Source: Candidatus Latescibacterota bacterium (GTDB taxonomy: Bacteria > Latescibacterota > UBA2968). Taken from it: a DNA stretch of 64,000 nt. This document shows, in pieces, positions 30,915 to 43,485 of this stretch (positions are counted from its first letter, which is position 1; every line of letters starts with the position of its first letter). The stretch spans positions 128,001 through 192,000 of the forward strand of contig OZ242320.1 in NCBI GenBank assembly GCA_965208125.1, read 5' to 3'. Under the pieces are notes generated by a model that was given only the letters and a program-made list of their open reading frames with translations, did not search any database and was not told the DNA's origin. Made by a program: the position numbers and the translations under genes.

Positions 30915-31593
30915 ATTCATCCGATCCGCCCAAAAAACCCGCCATCCACAACAGACGCAACAACTCCAAAATCGCCACCAGTGCTGATGCGACATACGTC
31001 AGCGCAGCAGCATTCAAAACCTTCCGCGAAGCGGGTATCTCCTCAGACGTCAAATATCCGCCATCGGCCAGAATCTGAATAGCCCGACTACTCGCATTAA
31101 ACTCAACCGGCAGAGTAACAATACTAAAAACCACAGCCGCCGAAAAGAACACAATACCTAAAAAAACGAGTTCAAAACTGGCAAAAATAAACCCGGCAAT
31201 TAGAAAAATCCACGCCGCCTTTGATCCCAAATTAGCCACCGGAACCAGACTCGTCCGAAGAGACAAGGGCACATAGCCCTGCGCGTGTTGAAACGCATGC
31301 CCGGCTTCGTGAGCAGCCACGCCAATCGCGGCTAAGGAGCGATTCCCGTACACACTTTCAGACAGGCGCAACATGCGATCTCTCGGATCGTAGTGATCTG
31401 TCAAATGCCCCTGCACAGGCTCTACGCCCACGGGCAAACCGCCGCGGCGCAAAATATCGCGCGCAACCTGATCCGCAGTCGCACCGCTTCGCGCAACAAA
31501 TTCATCGTATTTGCGAAACGTGCGCTTCACCTTGAATTGCGCCCACAGCGTAATAGCTATTCCCACAAACATCACCATCAAACCTTCCAGCAT
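30913..31593 (-). CDS. Membrane zinc metallopeptidase (YugP / Zn_peptidase_2 family)
   Basis: LTDHYDP, AAHEAGHA, TLPVEFNAS, AAALTYV. Confidence 0.9.
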   Translation of the reverse strand: MLEGLMVMFVGIAITLWAQFKVKRTFRKYDEFVARSGATADQVARDILRRGGLPVGVEPVQGHLTDHYDPRDRMLRLSESVYGNRSLAAIGVAAHEAGHAFQHAQGYVPLSLRTSLVPVANLGSKAAWIFLIAGFIFASFELVFLGIVFFSAAVVFSIVTLPVEFNASSRAIQILADGGYLTSEEIPASRKVLNAAALTYVASALVAILELLRLLWMAGFLGGSDE

Positions 31594-31610
31594 GACATTT
31601 CCTCCTGAAA

Positions 31611-31642
31611 CAGTTGTCAGTTATCAGTTATCGGTTGTCAGC
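31611..31642. repeat. Heptamer array (TCAGTTR)n overlapping the fmt stop
   Basis: CAGTTG TCAGTTA TCAGTTA TCGGTTG TCAGC. Confidence 0.8.
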
Positions 31643-32587
31643 CTTCGCGTCTCTACCAAATCTCTCCCGGACCTCAATGCGATATCCCCGCACAAAATCA
31701 GCACCGGACATGCGCTTTTTACCTGCCGGTTGCACCTCGTCCAGCGCGAGAACCCCTTCACCCGTCCCCACAATAAGTCCGCGCTTGCCATCTGCACCAA
31801 TCACAGTACCCGCTTCTCCCATCCCCGTCTCAACCGTTGCCCGGTGAATCTTCAGTAATTTGCCGCGCCAGAGTGTAAACGCCCCCGGAAAAGAATTGGT
31901 TCCCCGAATGAGATTGCGAATATCCCCTGCACCTTTTGACCAATCAATCTCGCCATCTTCTTTCTCTAATTTTGGAGCGCGACTCACCCCTTTATCCATC
32001 TGCGGTACGGGAATAACAGAACCATCGGCCATGCCATCAATAGCCCGAATGAGCAACTCAGCGCCCTTCACCTTCAACCGCTCATACAGTTCGCCCGCCG
32101 TCTCATCGTCCCCAATCGCCACCTTTTGTTGAATTAAAATATCGCCAGCATCCACGCGCGGCGACAGTTGAAAAATGGTCACACCCGTCTCAGTCTCACC
32201 ATTGATAATAGCCCATTGAATAGGCGCTGCCCCACGGTATTTGGGCAATCGGGAGGGATGGACATTCACAGAACCCAATTTGGGAATCGCCAGTAAAGAA
32301 CGCGGCAAAATTAGAAAAGCCACCACTGCAAATAAATCCGGTTCCAGAGCCTGCAACTGCGCGTGAAAATTCTCATCTCTGAGAGACTCGGGCTGCAAAA
32401 CCGGCACATCCAATCCCAGCGACGCAACCGCAGCCTTCACATCGGTTGGTTGCATCTGCTGACCCCGACCACGTGGCCTGTCTGGCCGCGTTACCACGCC
32501 CACAAGATCATGATCGCTTTGAGCCACGCCCACAAGCGACGGCACTGCAAAATCGGGCGTGCCCATAAACACCACCCTCATCGCCAA
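31628..32587 (-). CDS. fmt: Methionyl-tRNA formyltransferase
   Basis: FMGTPDFA, PDRPRGRG, NVHPSRLPKYRGAAPI, DAGD. Confidence 0.96.
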   Translation of the reverse strand: MAMRVVFMGTPDFAVPSLVGVAQSDHDLVGVVTRPDRPRGRGQQMQPTDVKAAVASLGLDVPVLQPESLRDENFHAQLQALEPDLFAVVAFLILPRSLLAIPKLGSVNVHPSRLPKYRGAAPIQWAIINGETETGVTIFQLSPRVDAGDILIQQKVAIGDDETAGELYERLKVKGAELLIRAIDGMADGSVIPVPQMDKGVSRAPKLEKEDGEIDWSKGAGDIRNLIRGTNSFPGAFTLWRGKLLKIHRATVETGMGEAGTVIGADGKRGLIVGTGEGVLALDEVQPAGKKRMSGADFVRGYRIEVRERFGRDAKADNR

Positions 32588-32601
32588 ATTTCACCTTTCT
32601 A

Positions 32602-35487
<2,886 letters not shown>

Positions 35488-35496
35488 TTTACAGAC

Positions 35497-36477
35497 TCAG
35501 TAAATCTGAACTGGATCGGGAATAAAACACAATACAAAAATAGCCAGCGACGCGTACCCAAGCCAACGCCGGGTGAGGTCCAGTTCAACATCGGGATTTG
35601 CAAGTGGCGGATGATGCCGTCCCACAAGCGCAGCCAACCCCAACCACACCAGCCAACCGATCCAGCGGGAATCATACCAGGCCCTAAACATAGATTGTGC
35701 ATCCCACCAGTGGTAAGGCGGTGCCAATAACCACATCAATGCCAATCCCACCATTGTCGCCCGAGAAATTAACCGGTGTTTCTCACCAAAAATTGCATAG
35801 ACAATATGCCCGCCATCAAATTGTCCCATCGGCAACAAATTCAACACCGTCACAAACAACCCCAACCAGCCCGCAAAAGCCACCGGATGCAGCATCACAT
35901 CATAACCCTCGGGCAGATCACCGATAACCCTCATACCCAACCACCCCGACAGCAGAGAATCACCCAGAGTAAGTGCACCTTCCGGTATATCTCGCACCTC
36001 AATTACTTCCGACATGTGCAGACCGGCACTCCACGCAATCACAGACATCACAAATCCGGCAATAGGTCCAGATGCACCAATATCGATAAGTGCCCGACGG
36101 TTCGGAATTTGAGATCGCAACTTGATCACTGCGCCCAGAGTGCCAATAAACGATGGAAAGGGAATAAAATAGGGCAATGAAGCGCGCACGCCCCAGCGGC
36201 GCGAAGTCACATAATGCCCCATCTCGTGTATGCCCAGGATGATCAGCAACGTAGCAGAAAACGGCAAGCCATAGACCAGATAACGCGGATCAATCAAAAT
36301 GCTCCAATCATCAATCGCGGGCATAGAGGTCAATTGCGGCGACATGAACATACCCGCCACCGTCGTCGTGTACGCAGTTGCCAAAAACAGCCCAACATGC
36401 AATCTCAAATTCTCCTGTATCCTGGGCACAGTCATCTGCGTGGAAAAATACCGATTACCATTCAAATCGTCTGACAC
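35497..36477 (-). CDS. Site-2 protease (M50 family)
   Basis: HEMGH, GPIAG, NLLP..FDGGH; multiple TM helices. Confidence 0.92.
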   Translation of the reverse strand: MSDDLNGNRYFSTQMTVPRIQENLRLHVGLFLATAYTTTVAGMFMSPQLTSMPAIDDWSILIDPRYLVYGLPFSATLLIILGIHEMGHYVTSRRWGVRASLPYFIPFPSFIGTLGAVIKLRSQIPNRRALIDIGASGPIAGFVMSVIAWSAGLHMSEVIEVRDIPEGALTLGDSLLSGWLGMRVIGDLPEGYDVMLHPVAFAGWLGLFVTVLNLLPMGQFDGGHIVYAIFGEKHRLISRATMVGLALMWLLAPPYHWWDAQSMFRAWYDSRWIGWLVWLGLAALVGRHHPPLANPDVELDLTRRWLGYASLAIFVLCFIPDPVQIY

Positions 36478-36502
36478 AAACGCTCCTTATCCTTTTCATC
36501 TC

Positions 36503-37387
36503 TCACCTTATCCCCACTGCAAAGCGATGCGAATCGCCCAACCCATGCGATGCGGGCACAAAAGCGTAATCTACCCGCCAGTTGCGGCGCTTAATACCCA
36601 TTCCAAAAGACAACAGGCGCGTATCGTGCCCGGTTTGAATTCCACCGCGCAAAAACAACTTGCCCATCACCCCGTATTCCAAACCGAAATTTGCACCTCT
36701 GTTGCCCGCTACTGGCAGGCGAAGATCAGCCGTTGCTATCCAGGTGCGCCAGAACCACGACGCCCCCATGCGAAATACCCGGGGCAAAGGGGTGCGCTCC
36801 TGGTCTAACTGCGCCATCCGTCCCAAATTTCGATACGACGCCCCCAGCATCAAGTTCTCAGACAGGCGATACAATACGCCCCCATCCGCGCTCATCCCCG
36901 ACGCGCTCTCTGGCCCAATATTTTCATGCAATGCCCGAACCGAAAACCCCACATAAAATCGCTGCCCTATCTTCTGCGCATAAGACAGACCCACATTGAG
37001 ATCATAAACGCTAAACGTGCCCGCAGGCGTCGCAGTTGGTTCTCGCCGCGCTTCCAATCCCCCAGCCCCATAAACGCCCAAACTCAGCGCAAGACCGCGT
37101 CTATCATTACCATAAGCCCAGCCGCCATACCCCTGCTTTATCCCCTGAAATGATCGGTGGTGCGCCAAAATAAAATGTTTGCCCTGCATAGCTGCCACAC
37201 CTGCCGGATTCCAAAACGCCGCAGTCTGCTCACCTACCACAGCGGTCTGCGCCTCACCCATCGCAGCAGCACGCGCACCAACCCCCTCGCGCAGCAACAC
37301 AAAACCGGCCTTGCGCGCCGAAGTACTGGCCTCAGCAGAAAACAGACAACATATCGCAACAAAAATACCGCAAACAATGCGCTTCAC
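36503..37387 (-). CDS. PorV/PorQ-family outer-membrane beta-barrel
   Basis: Signal peptide, 'GARAAAMGEA', 'FWNPAG', C-terminal 'DYAF....LGDSHRF'; GTG start with AGGAGG. Confidence 0.8.
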   Translation of the reverse strand: MKRIVCGIFVAICCLFSAEASTSARKAGFVLLREGVGARAAAMGEAQTAVVGEQTAAFWNPAGVAAMQGKHFILAHHRSFQGIKQGYGGWAYGNDRRGLALSLGVYGAGGLEARREPTATPAGTFSVYDLNVGLSYAQKIGQRFYVGFSVRALHENIGPESASGMSADGGVLYRLSENLMLGASYRNLGRMAQLDQERTPLPRVFRMGASWFWRTWIATADLRLPVAGNRGANFGLEYGVMGKLFLRGGIQTGHDTRLLSFGMGIKRRNWRVDYAFVPASHGLGDSHRFAVGIR

Positions 37388-37433
37388 AAAAACCTCCTGC
37401 ATACAAATGCTCCAAAACCCAATGCATTTTACA

Positions 37434-37462
37434 AGATTAAGCAAACGGACAAAATGTGTCAA
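37434..37462 (-). promoter_or_regulatory. sigma70-type promoter for the porV-like...fmt operon
   Basis: TTGACA-17 nt-TAATCT on the minus strand. Confidence 0.6.
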
Positions 37463-37499
37463 CCGCCCATTAGTAAAATGGACCATCCCAAGCGCGTAA

Positions 37500-37528
37500 T
37501 TGACAGGACCTTATTTCCTAATTACATT
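37500..37528 (+). promoter_or_regulatory. sigma70-type promoter for the FKBP PPIase
   Basis: TTGACA-17 nt-TACATT. Confidence 0.6.
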
Positions 37529-37564
37529 GTGCAGACCCTCATAGCAATTCTCATTGGAGTCATC

Positions 37565-37999
37565 ATGGCACAAGCAGAAATTGGCGACCGCGTCCTGATT
37601 TATTACAAGGGAGTCCTGGAAGACGGAACCATAGCTGAAGGCACACCAGAGAACGAACCATTTGAATTTACAGTGGGAGACGAATCTGTAAAAGACATAT
37701 TCACGCGCCTTGTACACGGCATTGAAGAAGGCGATTCTCGCACGGTGATCCTATCCCCAGAAGAAGCGTTTGGCCCCTATAATCCCGACTTTGTAATCGA
37801 AGTCGCGCGATCAAAATTTCCTCCCGATGCACTTCTCGAAAAGGGAATGCGTATGGAAGTACAGTCCGACCCCAATGGTACATCCGTCGAAGTATCTGTC
37901 AAAGAAATAACATCTCAAACCGTGACATTAGACGGCAACCATCCCTTTGCGGGTGAAGAAATTACTATGACGATTCAATTGTTAGAGATCATAGTATAG
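37565..37999 (+). CDS. FKBP-type peptidyl-prolyl isomerase (SlyD/FkpB-like, no His-rich tail)
   Basis: GDRV..YKG.LEDG, PEEAFG, LDGNHPFAG. Confidence 0.88.
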   Translation: MAQAEIGDRVLIYYKGVLEDGTIAEGTPENEPFEFTVGDESVKDIFTRLVHGIEEGDSRTVILSPEEAFGPYNPDFVIEVARSKFPPDALLEKGMRMEVQSDPNGTSVEVSVKEITSQTVTLDGNHPFAGEEITMTIQLLEIIV

Positions 38000-38077
38000 C
38001 TATATGAACACAAGGAGATAACCCGTACAAACTCCAATAAAAAAGAGAAGAAATCATCGCCGAAACAAAAAAATCCG

Positions 38078-38221
38078 ATGGCTCAACGTATTATCAAGGC
38101 AATGGAAAAACCGCCGTATGTCACGCATGAGGACATCGAATCACTTTTACAAGTGATCAAAGAAGCAAAGCAACCAACAGATTTTGAGTCTCCCTCTGAA
38201 CTATCTTCAAAAACCAGGTGA
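38078..38221 (+). CDS. Small hypothetical protein (47 aa), possibly a 5'-degraded remnant
   Basis: MAQRIIKAMEKPPYVTHEDIESLLQVIKEAKQPTDFESPSELSSKTR; an orphan AAGGAG SD at 38012 precedes an out-of-frame GTA. Confidence 0.4.
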   Translation: MAQRIIKAMEKPPYVTHEDIESLLQVIKEAKQPTDFESPSELSSKTR

Positions 38222-38258
38222 CTACTCCCAACGATAGAGCAGTTGGGCTTCTTGGTGG

Positions 38259-39383
38259 TCAAACCACCTGACGTTGTAGCCCCAACGTCAATATGTTTAT
38301 CGCGGCATTGTGGTCTCTGTCCGTCTTATAGCCACACGCCTTGCAATGATGCACACGATCTGAGAGTGTCTTTTTCTCTCTATGTCCGCATGCAGAGCAA
38401 TCTTGTGACGTATAGTCAGGCTTGACGGCTTTGAATCCAATACCAGCTTCTTCCGCTTTGTATTTGAGACAGTGCCGAAACAGGGACCACGCTACGTCTG
38501 ATATTGATTTAGCCAATCGTCTGTTCTTTTGCATCTCTTTAACGTCCAATTTCTCGACGGCTATGAATCCGTGACGATTGACCATTTTTCTTGATTCTTG
38601 GTGTGCAAAGTTATGTCGTTTATTACGGATACGCTCATGCACTCTACCAATGACCTTACGACGCTTTTCTCTTGTGGGATCGGTCTTGGAGCTTTTTTTT
38701 ACCGCGTCCCATTTACGCTGTGCTTTGGCAAGAGATTTCTCTTCTTTCCTAAAGAATCTCTGATTCTCTATTTTCTCGCCGTCACTGGTCACAGCAAAGG
38801 AATTGAGACCCACGTCAATGCCAATAGCAGAGCCAGCGTCTTTTTTTTCAGGTGTATCGCCAATATCGCAAGAGATAGATACAAACCATTTGCCTGTTGC
38901 TGTGCGTGTGATTGTGCAAGACTTAGGGATACCCTCAAGTGGCCTGTGCTGAACAATGCGAATGCAACCAATACTGCCCAATCGCAAGCCCTTGTCGTCT
39001 AATCGACATCCATTGGAAAACTGAGGATACGTGATAGAATCATAGCGATTCTCATTCTTGTATCTGGGAAAGCCCGCTTTCTCGCCTGTCTTTGACTTCT
39101 GTTTGAGACGCTGAAAGAATCCTTTGAATGCAAGATCAACCCGTACCGCGACCTGTTGCAACACCTGACTATACACTTGCTTGAAAGCAACGTGCTGCTG
39201 TTTCAGCATGGGCAATGCCGCCTGTTGCTCATAGCACGACAGACTTTCTTTATTCTTTTCCCATGCTTGTATTCTCGCACAGAGTAGTTGATTATAGAGA
39301 ATACGACATTCGTCAATATGCGCCAGCAAGATTTGTTCTTGCTTTTTGGTCGGACGCAATCTGTATTTGAACGACTTAACCAT
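38259..39383 (-). CDS. tnpB: RNA-guided endonuclease TnpB
   Basis: HTH 'FKYRLRPT', RuvC D (GIDVG), E (VEKL), D (DRDHNAA), CxxC..CxxC zinc finger. Confidence 0.95.
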   Translation of the reverse strand: MVKSFKYRLRPTKKQEQILLAHIDECRILYNQLLCARIQAWEKNKESLSCYEQQAALPMLKQQHVAFKQVYSQVLQQVAVRVDLAFKGFFQRLKQKSKTGEKAGFPRYKNENRYDSITYPQFSNGCRLDDKGLRLGSIGCIRIVQHRPLEGIPKSCTITRTATGKWFVSISCDIGDTPEKKDAGSAIGIDVGLNSFAVTSDGEKIENQRFFRKEEKSLAKAQRKWDAVKKSSKTDPTREKRRKVIGRVHERIRNKRHNFAHQESRKMVNRHGFIAVEKLDVKEMQKNRRLAKSISDVAWSLFRHCLKYKAEEAGIGFKAVKPDYTSQDCSACGHREKKTLSDRVHHCKACGYKTDRDHNAAINILTLGLQRQVV

Positions 39384-39389
39384 AATAAA

Positions 39390-39418
39390 AATATATAGTT
39401 ATGTGCTGTTTGTGTCAA
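39390..39418 (-). promoter_or_regulatory. tnpB promoter, probably leaderless
   Basis: TTGACA-17 nt-TATATT-6 nt-ATG, no SD. Confidence 0.65.
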
Positions 39419-39598
39419 GTGAAATATGGAATAAACCTTGTTGATGAAGTGCTGGCGCACTTGTACACCGCTCCACCGCCCACATTGCCTTGTGCAATGT
39501 GCCACCGTGCTAAAGCACCACACTATAAATTCGTAAGCCCTTCGCCATGCGACCCAACGCTAAAGCTGTTGGGCCTTACGGGCTATTAGGTAAAAAAC

Positions 39599-40114
39599 AT
39601 GTGGCATCAATTGGGAATCATCGCGCTTGGTATCGCGCTATTTGCATGTAGGCCCGATGTTCAATTGGTAAAAGATGGACACGAAGAATATTATGTGTAT
39701 TGGGATGACGGTCACAATCGGTATCTCAGACATGGGTTGTATCAGTCATTTTACGAAAGTGGTCGCCAGCGTTCGGCTGGCAAATACGAACGAGACATAA
39801 AAGTGGGCGTTTGGACACACTGGTATGAAAACGGACAAAAACAAGGTGAAATGGACTGGGTAGATGGCAAGCCCGAAGGCGTAGTGACAGAATGGTACAA
39901 AAACGGACAGCAAAAAAATACGGGAACTTGGGAAAATGGTGGGCGACATGGTCTCTCGACCTGGTGGTATGAAAACGGACAAAAGCAGAAGGAAGTGAAC
40001 TATATAGAGGGAGAACCCGACGGAATCTGGACATATTGGGACTCGACGGGTGTCATAACAAAAAAGCAGTATTGGGATCGCGGTGCATTTTTGCGGGTTG
40101 AGGAATCGCATTAA
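39599..40114 (+). CDS. MORN-variant repeat (YwqK-like) lipoprotein
   Basis: Lipobox LFAC; repeated 'G.W..WYENGQK' units. Confidence 0.8.
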   Translation: MWHQLGIIALGIALFACRPDVQLVKDGHEEYYVYWDDGHNRYLRHGLYQSFYESGRQRSAGKYERDIKVGVWTHWYENGQKQGEMDWVDGKPEGVVTEWYKNGQQKNTGTWENGGRHGLSTWWYENGQKQKEVNYIEGEPDGIWTYWDSTGVITKKQYWDRGAFLRVEESH

Positions 40115-40135
40115 CCCGCGCTGAAAGGATCAAAA

Positions 40136-42901
40136 ATGGCAGACAAAACCCTGTATTTATTAGACGGCATGGCACTGGTCTATCGTGGACATTTTGCAAT
40201 GATACGCAATCCGAGGATGACGTCGAAAGGGCTGAACACCTCGACGTTATTCGTTTTTGCCAATACACTATTAGATATTTTGGGCAACACAAAACCCTCA
40301 CATTTGGCCGTAGTCTTCGACACGCCAGAGCCGACATTTCGGGACGAGATATACAAAGAATACAAGGCACAACGAGAAAAAATGCCCGAAGACATAAGTG
40401 GCGCGCTGCCCTACATCGACCAAATGTGTGAAGCGTTCAACGTGCCCGTCATCCGCAAACCGGGCTATGAAGCCGACGACGTAATCGGCACACTGGCAAA
40501 AGAGGCTGAAAAGTCCGGGTTTACAACATATATGGTAACCCCCGATAAAGACTACGCACAACTCGTCTCAAACAAGACATTCATCAGCAAACCCGGACGC
40601 ACGGGCGATGGCGCTGAGATCCTGGGCGTTCCAGAGGTACTGGAACAATGGGAAATTGAGCGTGTGGATCAAGTCATCGACATGCTGGGGCTGATGGGCG
40701 ATTCGAGTGATAATGTGCCGGGCGTGCCGGGCATAGGGCCAAAAACCGCACAAAAATTGATCGCCCAGTACGACAGTGTGGAGGGATTACTCAATCACGT
40801 CGATGAATTGAAAGGCAAACAAAAAGAAAATGTGGAGACATATCGGGAACAGGCATTGTTATCAAAAGAATTGGTCACCATTCACCTCAATGTACCATTG
40901 GACTTTGGATTGGATGACCTCGCGGTAAAAAAACGAGACGAACAAAAATTGAAAACCCTGTTTGCAGAATTGGAATTCAGCACTCTGGGCAAACGGCTAT
41001 TTGGAAGTGATTTTAATATAGATCAGCAACAGATCTCACTCTTCGGCGATGAGACAGTACTGGCGGACGTACCAAAACACAAAACCATTGCGGATGTCGA
41101 ACACGAGTATCACCTGGTAGATACGCCGGCAAAGCGCACAGCATTAATCGAAAAATTGGCACAGCAAAAGACGTTTTGTTTTGATACAGAAACAACGGGG
41201 CTAAACCCGAAAACATGTGAATTGCTCGGTCTCGCGTTTTCATTTCAACTGCACACGGGATATTATGTGCCAATGCCAGAAGACCCGGATGAAAACAGGG
41301 CGGTATTGGAAGAATTCCGCAGAATTCTCGAAAATCCGGACATCGAGAAAATTGGACACAATCTCAAATTTGACCTCGCCGTATTATTGTGGCAAGGGAT
41401 CAGGGTTCAAGGACCTGTTTTTGATACCATGCTCGCCGCTTATGTAACTGCACCTGAAATGCGTCGCGGCATGGATTCTCTATCACTGTCATTATTGGGT
41501 TATGAACCCATTAAAATTGAGTCTTTAATCGGCGAAAAAGAAAAAGGCAAAGAACAAAAAACCCTGCGCGAAGTCCCCCTGGACAAAGTAGCAGAATACG
41601 CAGCCGAAGATGCGGACATCACCTTGCAACTCGCCGAAGTTCTACGTCCCAAAATCAAAGAAATGGGGCAAACGCGCGTATTCAAAGACATAGAATGCCC
41701 GCTGGTATCTGTACTGGCACAAATGGAATACGAAGGCATTCGCATGGAAGCATCTGTAATCGAGGCACTTTCGGAAGACCTACAGGATGAATTAGTCGCC
41801 ATCCGACAGCGCATTTACGACCTGGCCGGTGAAACATTTAATTTAAACTCACCCAAGCAATTGGGCGATATCCTATTTGAAAAATTAAAACTCGACCCCA
41901 ATGCGCGGCGCACAGCCAAGACAAAGCAATATCAGACAAGCGAATCAATTTTGCAGCGGTTGGCTTATAAACACGAAATAGTAGAACAAATTTTGGAATA
42001 TCGAACATATTCGAAACTGAAATCCACCTATCTGGATATGTTGCCGGGTGCGGTATTTAAGTGTACCGGGCACATCCACACGCACTACGAGCAAGCCGTC
42101 ACGGCCACCGGGCGGTTGCAATCGCACGGACCGAATCTGCAAAATATTCCCATTCGCACGGAAAAGGGACGCGAAATTCGCAAAGCCTTTGTGCCTCGCA
42201 ATGAAAATTACACGCTCTTGTCAGCAGACTATTCGCAAATTGAATTGCGCGTAGCGGCTGAACTCAGTCGCGATGATGAGATGCACCGAGCATTTCGAGA
42301 AGGCCTGGATATCCACGCGGCAACAGCAATGAAAATTTACGGATTGGATGAACGCGATGTAACCGACGACATGCGCCGGCAGGCAAAAACCGTAAACTTT
42401 GGCATTATTTATGGAATCTCGGCCTTTGGCCTGGCGCAACGCCTGAATATTCCGCGCTTTGAAGCCGGTAATTTAATCGAGCAATATTTTGAACAATTTC
42501 CCGGCGCAAAAAAGTACATGGATGACACCATTAATTTCGCGCGAGAACACGGGTATGTGGAAACCATGACGGGACGCAGGCGATATTTGCGGGACATCCA
42601 CTCGCGCAATGCCACCACGCGCAAAAGTGCCGAGCGCAACGCAATCAACTCGCGGATTCAGGGTTCAGCGGCCGACATGATTAAAATTGCGATGCGCCGC
42701 GTCCAGGATGCTTTATTTGAACGGGACTTAAAAACGCGCATGCTGCTACAAGTACACGACGAACTCGTCTTTGACATGCACAAAGACGAAGCCGATACCG
42801 TGATGCCCCTAATCGAAGACGCTATGAAAAATGCCCTGCCAATGTCCGTGCCAATCGTAGTGGAAATGGGCATGGGAAATACCTGGCTGGAAGCGCATTG
42901 A
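40136..42901 (+). CDS. polA: DNA polymerase I
   Basis: 5'-3' exo (EADD, DKD, GDSSDN), 3'-5' exo DTET, polymerase motifs DYSQIELR, KTVNFGIIYG, QVHDE. Confidence 0.98.
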   Translation: MADKTLYLLDGMALVYRGHFAMIRNPRMTSKGLNTSTLFVFANTLLDILGNTKPSHLAVVFDTPEPTFRDEIYKEYKAQREKMPEDISGALPYIDQMCEAFNVPVIRKPGYEADDVIGTLAKEAEKSGFTTYMVTPDKDYAQLVSNKTFISKPGRTGDGAEILGVPEVLEQWEIERVDQVIDMLGLMGDSSDNVPGVPGIGPKTAQKLIAQYDSVEGLLNHVDELKGKQKENVETYREQALLSKELVTIHLNVPLDFGLDDLAVKKRDEQKLKTLFAELEFSTLGKRLFGSDFNIDQQQISLFGDETVLADVPKHKTIADVEHEYHLVDTPAKRTALIEKLAQQKTFCFDTETTGLNPKTCELLGLAFSFQLHTGYYVPMPEDPDENRAVLEEFRRILENPDIEKIGHNLKFDLAVLLWQGIRVQGPVFDTMLAAYVTAPEMRRGMDSLSLSLLGYEPIKIESLIGEKEKGKEQKTLREVPLDKVAEYAAEDADITLQLAEVLRPKIKEMGQTRVFKDIECPLVSVLAQMEYEGIRMEASVIEALSEDLQDELVAIRQRIYDLAGETFNLNSPKQLGDILFEKLKLDPNARRTAKTKQYQTSESILQRLAYKHEIVEQILEYRTYSKLKSTYLDMLPGAVFKCTGHIHTHYEQAVTATGRLQSHGPNLQNIPIRTEKGREIRKAFVPRNENYTLLSADYSQIELRVAAELSRDDEMHRAFREGLDIHAATAMKIYGLDERDVTDDMRRQAKTVNFGIIYGISAFGLAQRLNIPRFEAGNLIEQYFEQFPGAKKYMDDTINFAREHGYVETMTGRRRYLRDIHSRNATTRKSAERNAINSRIQGSAADMIKIAMRRVQDALFERDLKTRMLLQVHDELVFDMHKDEADTVMPLIEDAMKNALPMSVPIVVEMGMGNTWLEAH

Positions 42902-42915
42902 AAGATGGAAAACAC

Positions 42916-43485
42916 ATGTTCAACTGGCTCAAAAAACTATTTGCCCCTCCTGTCGAACGCCTGCCGCAACTCGAAATGTTTCGCGATCACCTCAACAACC
43001 TGCCCGAAATTCAGCACATTACCGGCTATGCCACACGCACCTATCGTTCGGGTGACGAAGCCGCCTGGTGTCGCATCATGGAAGGCAATGTGGGCAGCAA
43101 CTGGACAACGGAGAAATGCCGAGCGCAATTGATCAACGATTCCCGCTTCCAGGCAGAGAACCTCTTTTTCATCACCCACAACGACGACCCCATAGCCAGC
43201 GCATGTGCCTGGAAAACACCCGGTCAATCGCCGGAAACGGGTGAAGTTCACATGGTCGCCGCGCACACAGACCACCGAGGCAAAGGACTCGGGCATTTGC
43301 TCAACGCCCTCGTCCTCCATCGCTTAAAAGACCTGGGCTATCAAAAAGCACATCTCAAAACCGATGACTGGCGCCTACCGGCCATCAAAACCTACCTCGA
43401 CGCGGGCTTTCAGCCCCTCAACACCCACGAAAGCCACCCCGAACGATGGGAAGCCATCTACGCCCAGCTCAAAATAAAAAGATAG
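42916..43485 (+). CDS. GNAT family N-acetyltransferase
   Basis: HRGKGLG acetyl-CoA loop; 'LKTDDWRLPAIKTYLDAGF'. Confidence 0.85.
   Translation: MFNWLKKLFAPPVERLPQLEMFRDHLNNLPEIQHITGYATRTYRSGDEAAWCRIMEGNVGSNWTTEKCRAQLINDSRFQAENLFFITHNDDPIASACAWKTPGQSPETGEVHMVAAHTDHRGKGLGHLLNALVLHRLKDLGYQKAHLKTDDWRLPAIKTYLDAGFQPLNTHESHPERWEAIYAQLKIKR

Larger units (their letters stand above)
38218..39589 (-). mobile_element. IS200/IS605-family tnpB-only (IS1341-type) element
   Basis: Matching subterminal hairpins CCCAAC-N9-GTTGGG at both ends; right end ...GAAG-hairpin-AGTAGTCAC; left end preceded by TTAC; no tnpA and no target duplication. Confidence 0.88.

Noticed and set aside
30051-31082. 343-aa plus-strand ORF, and similar long antisense ORFs (47285-48157, 34615-35361, 49274-50005)
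   Set aside because: They are shadows of well-supported genes on the opposite strand and have no recognisable motifs.
39420-39540. Possible tnpA remnant in the IS left region
   Set aside because: No HUH or catalytic Tyr-helix motif in the plus-strand frame I translated or the track ORFs here; too short.
39599-40114. Repeated TGGTATGAAAACGGACA units as a possible array or DGR
   Set aside because: Explained by MORN-type protein repeats; no reverse transcriptase or adenine-specific variation seen.
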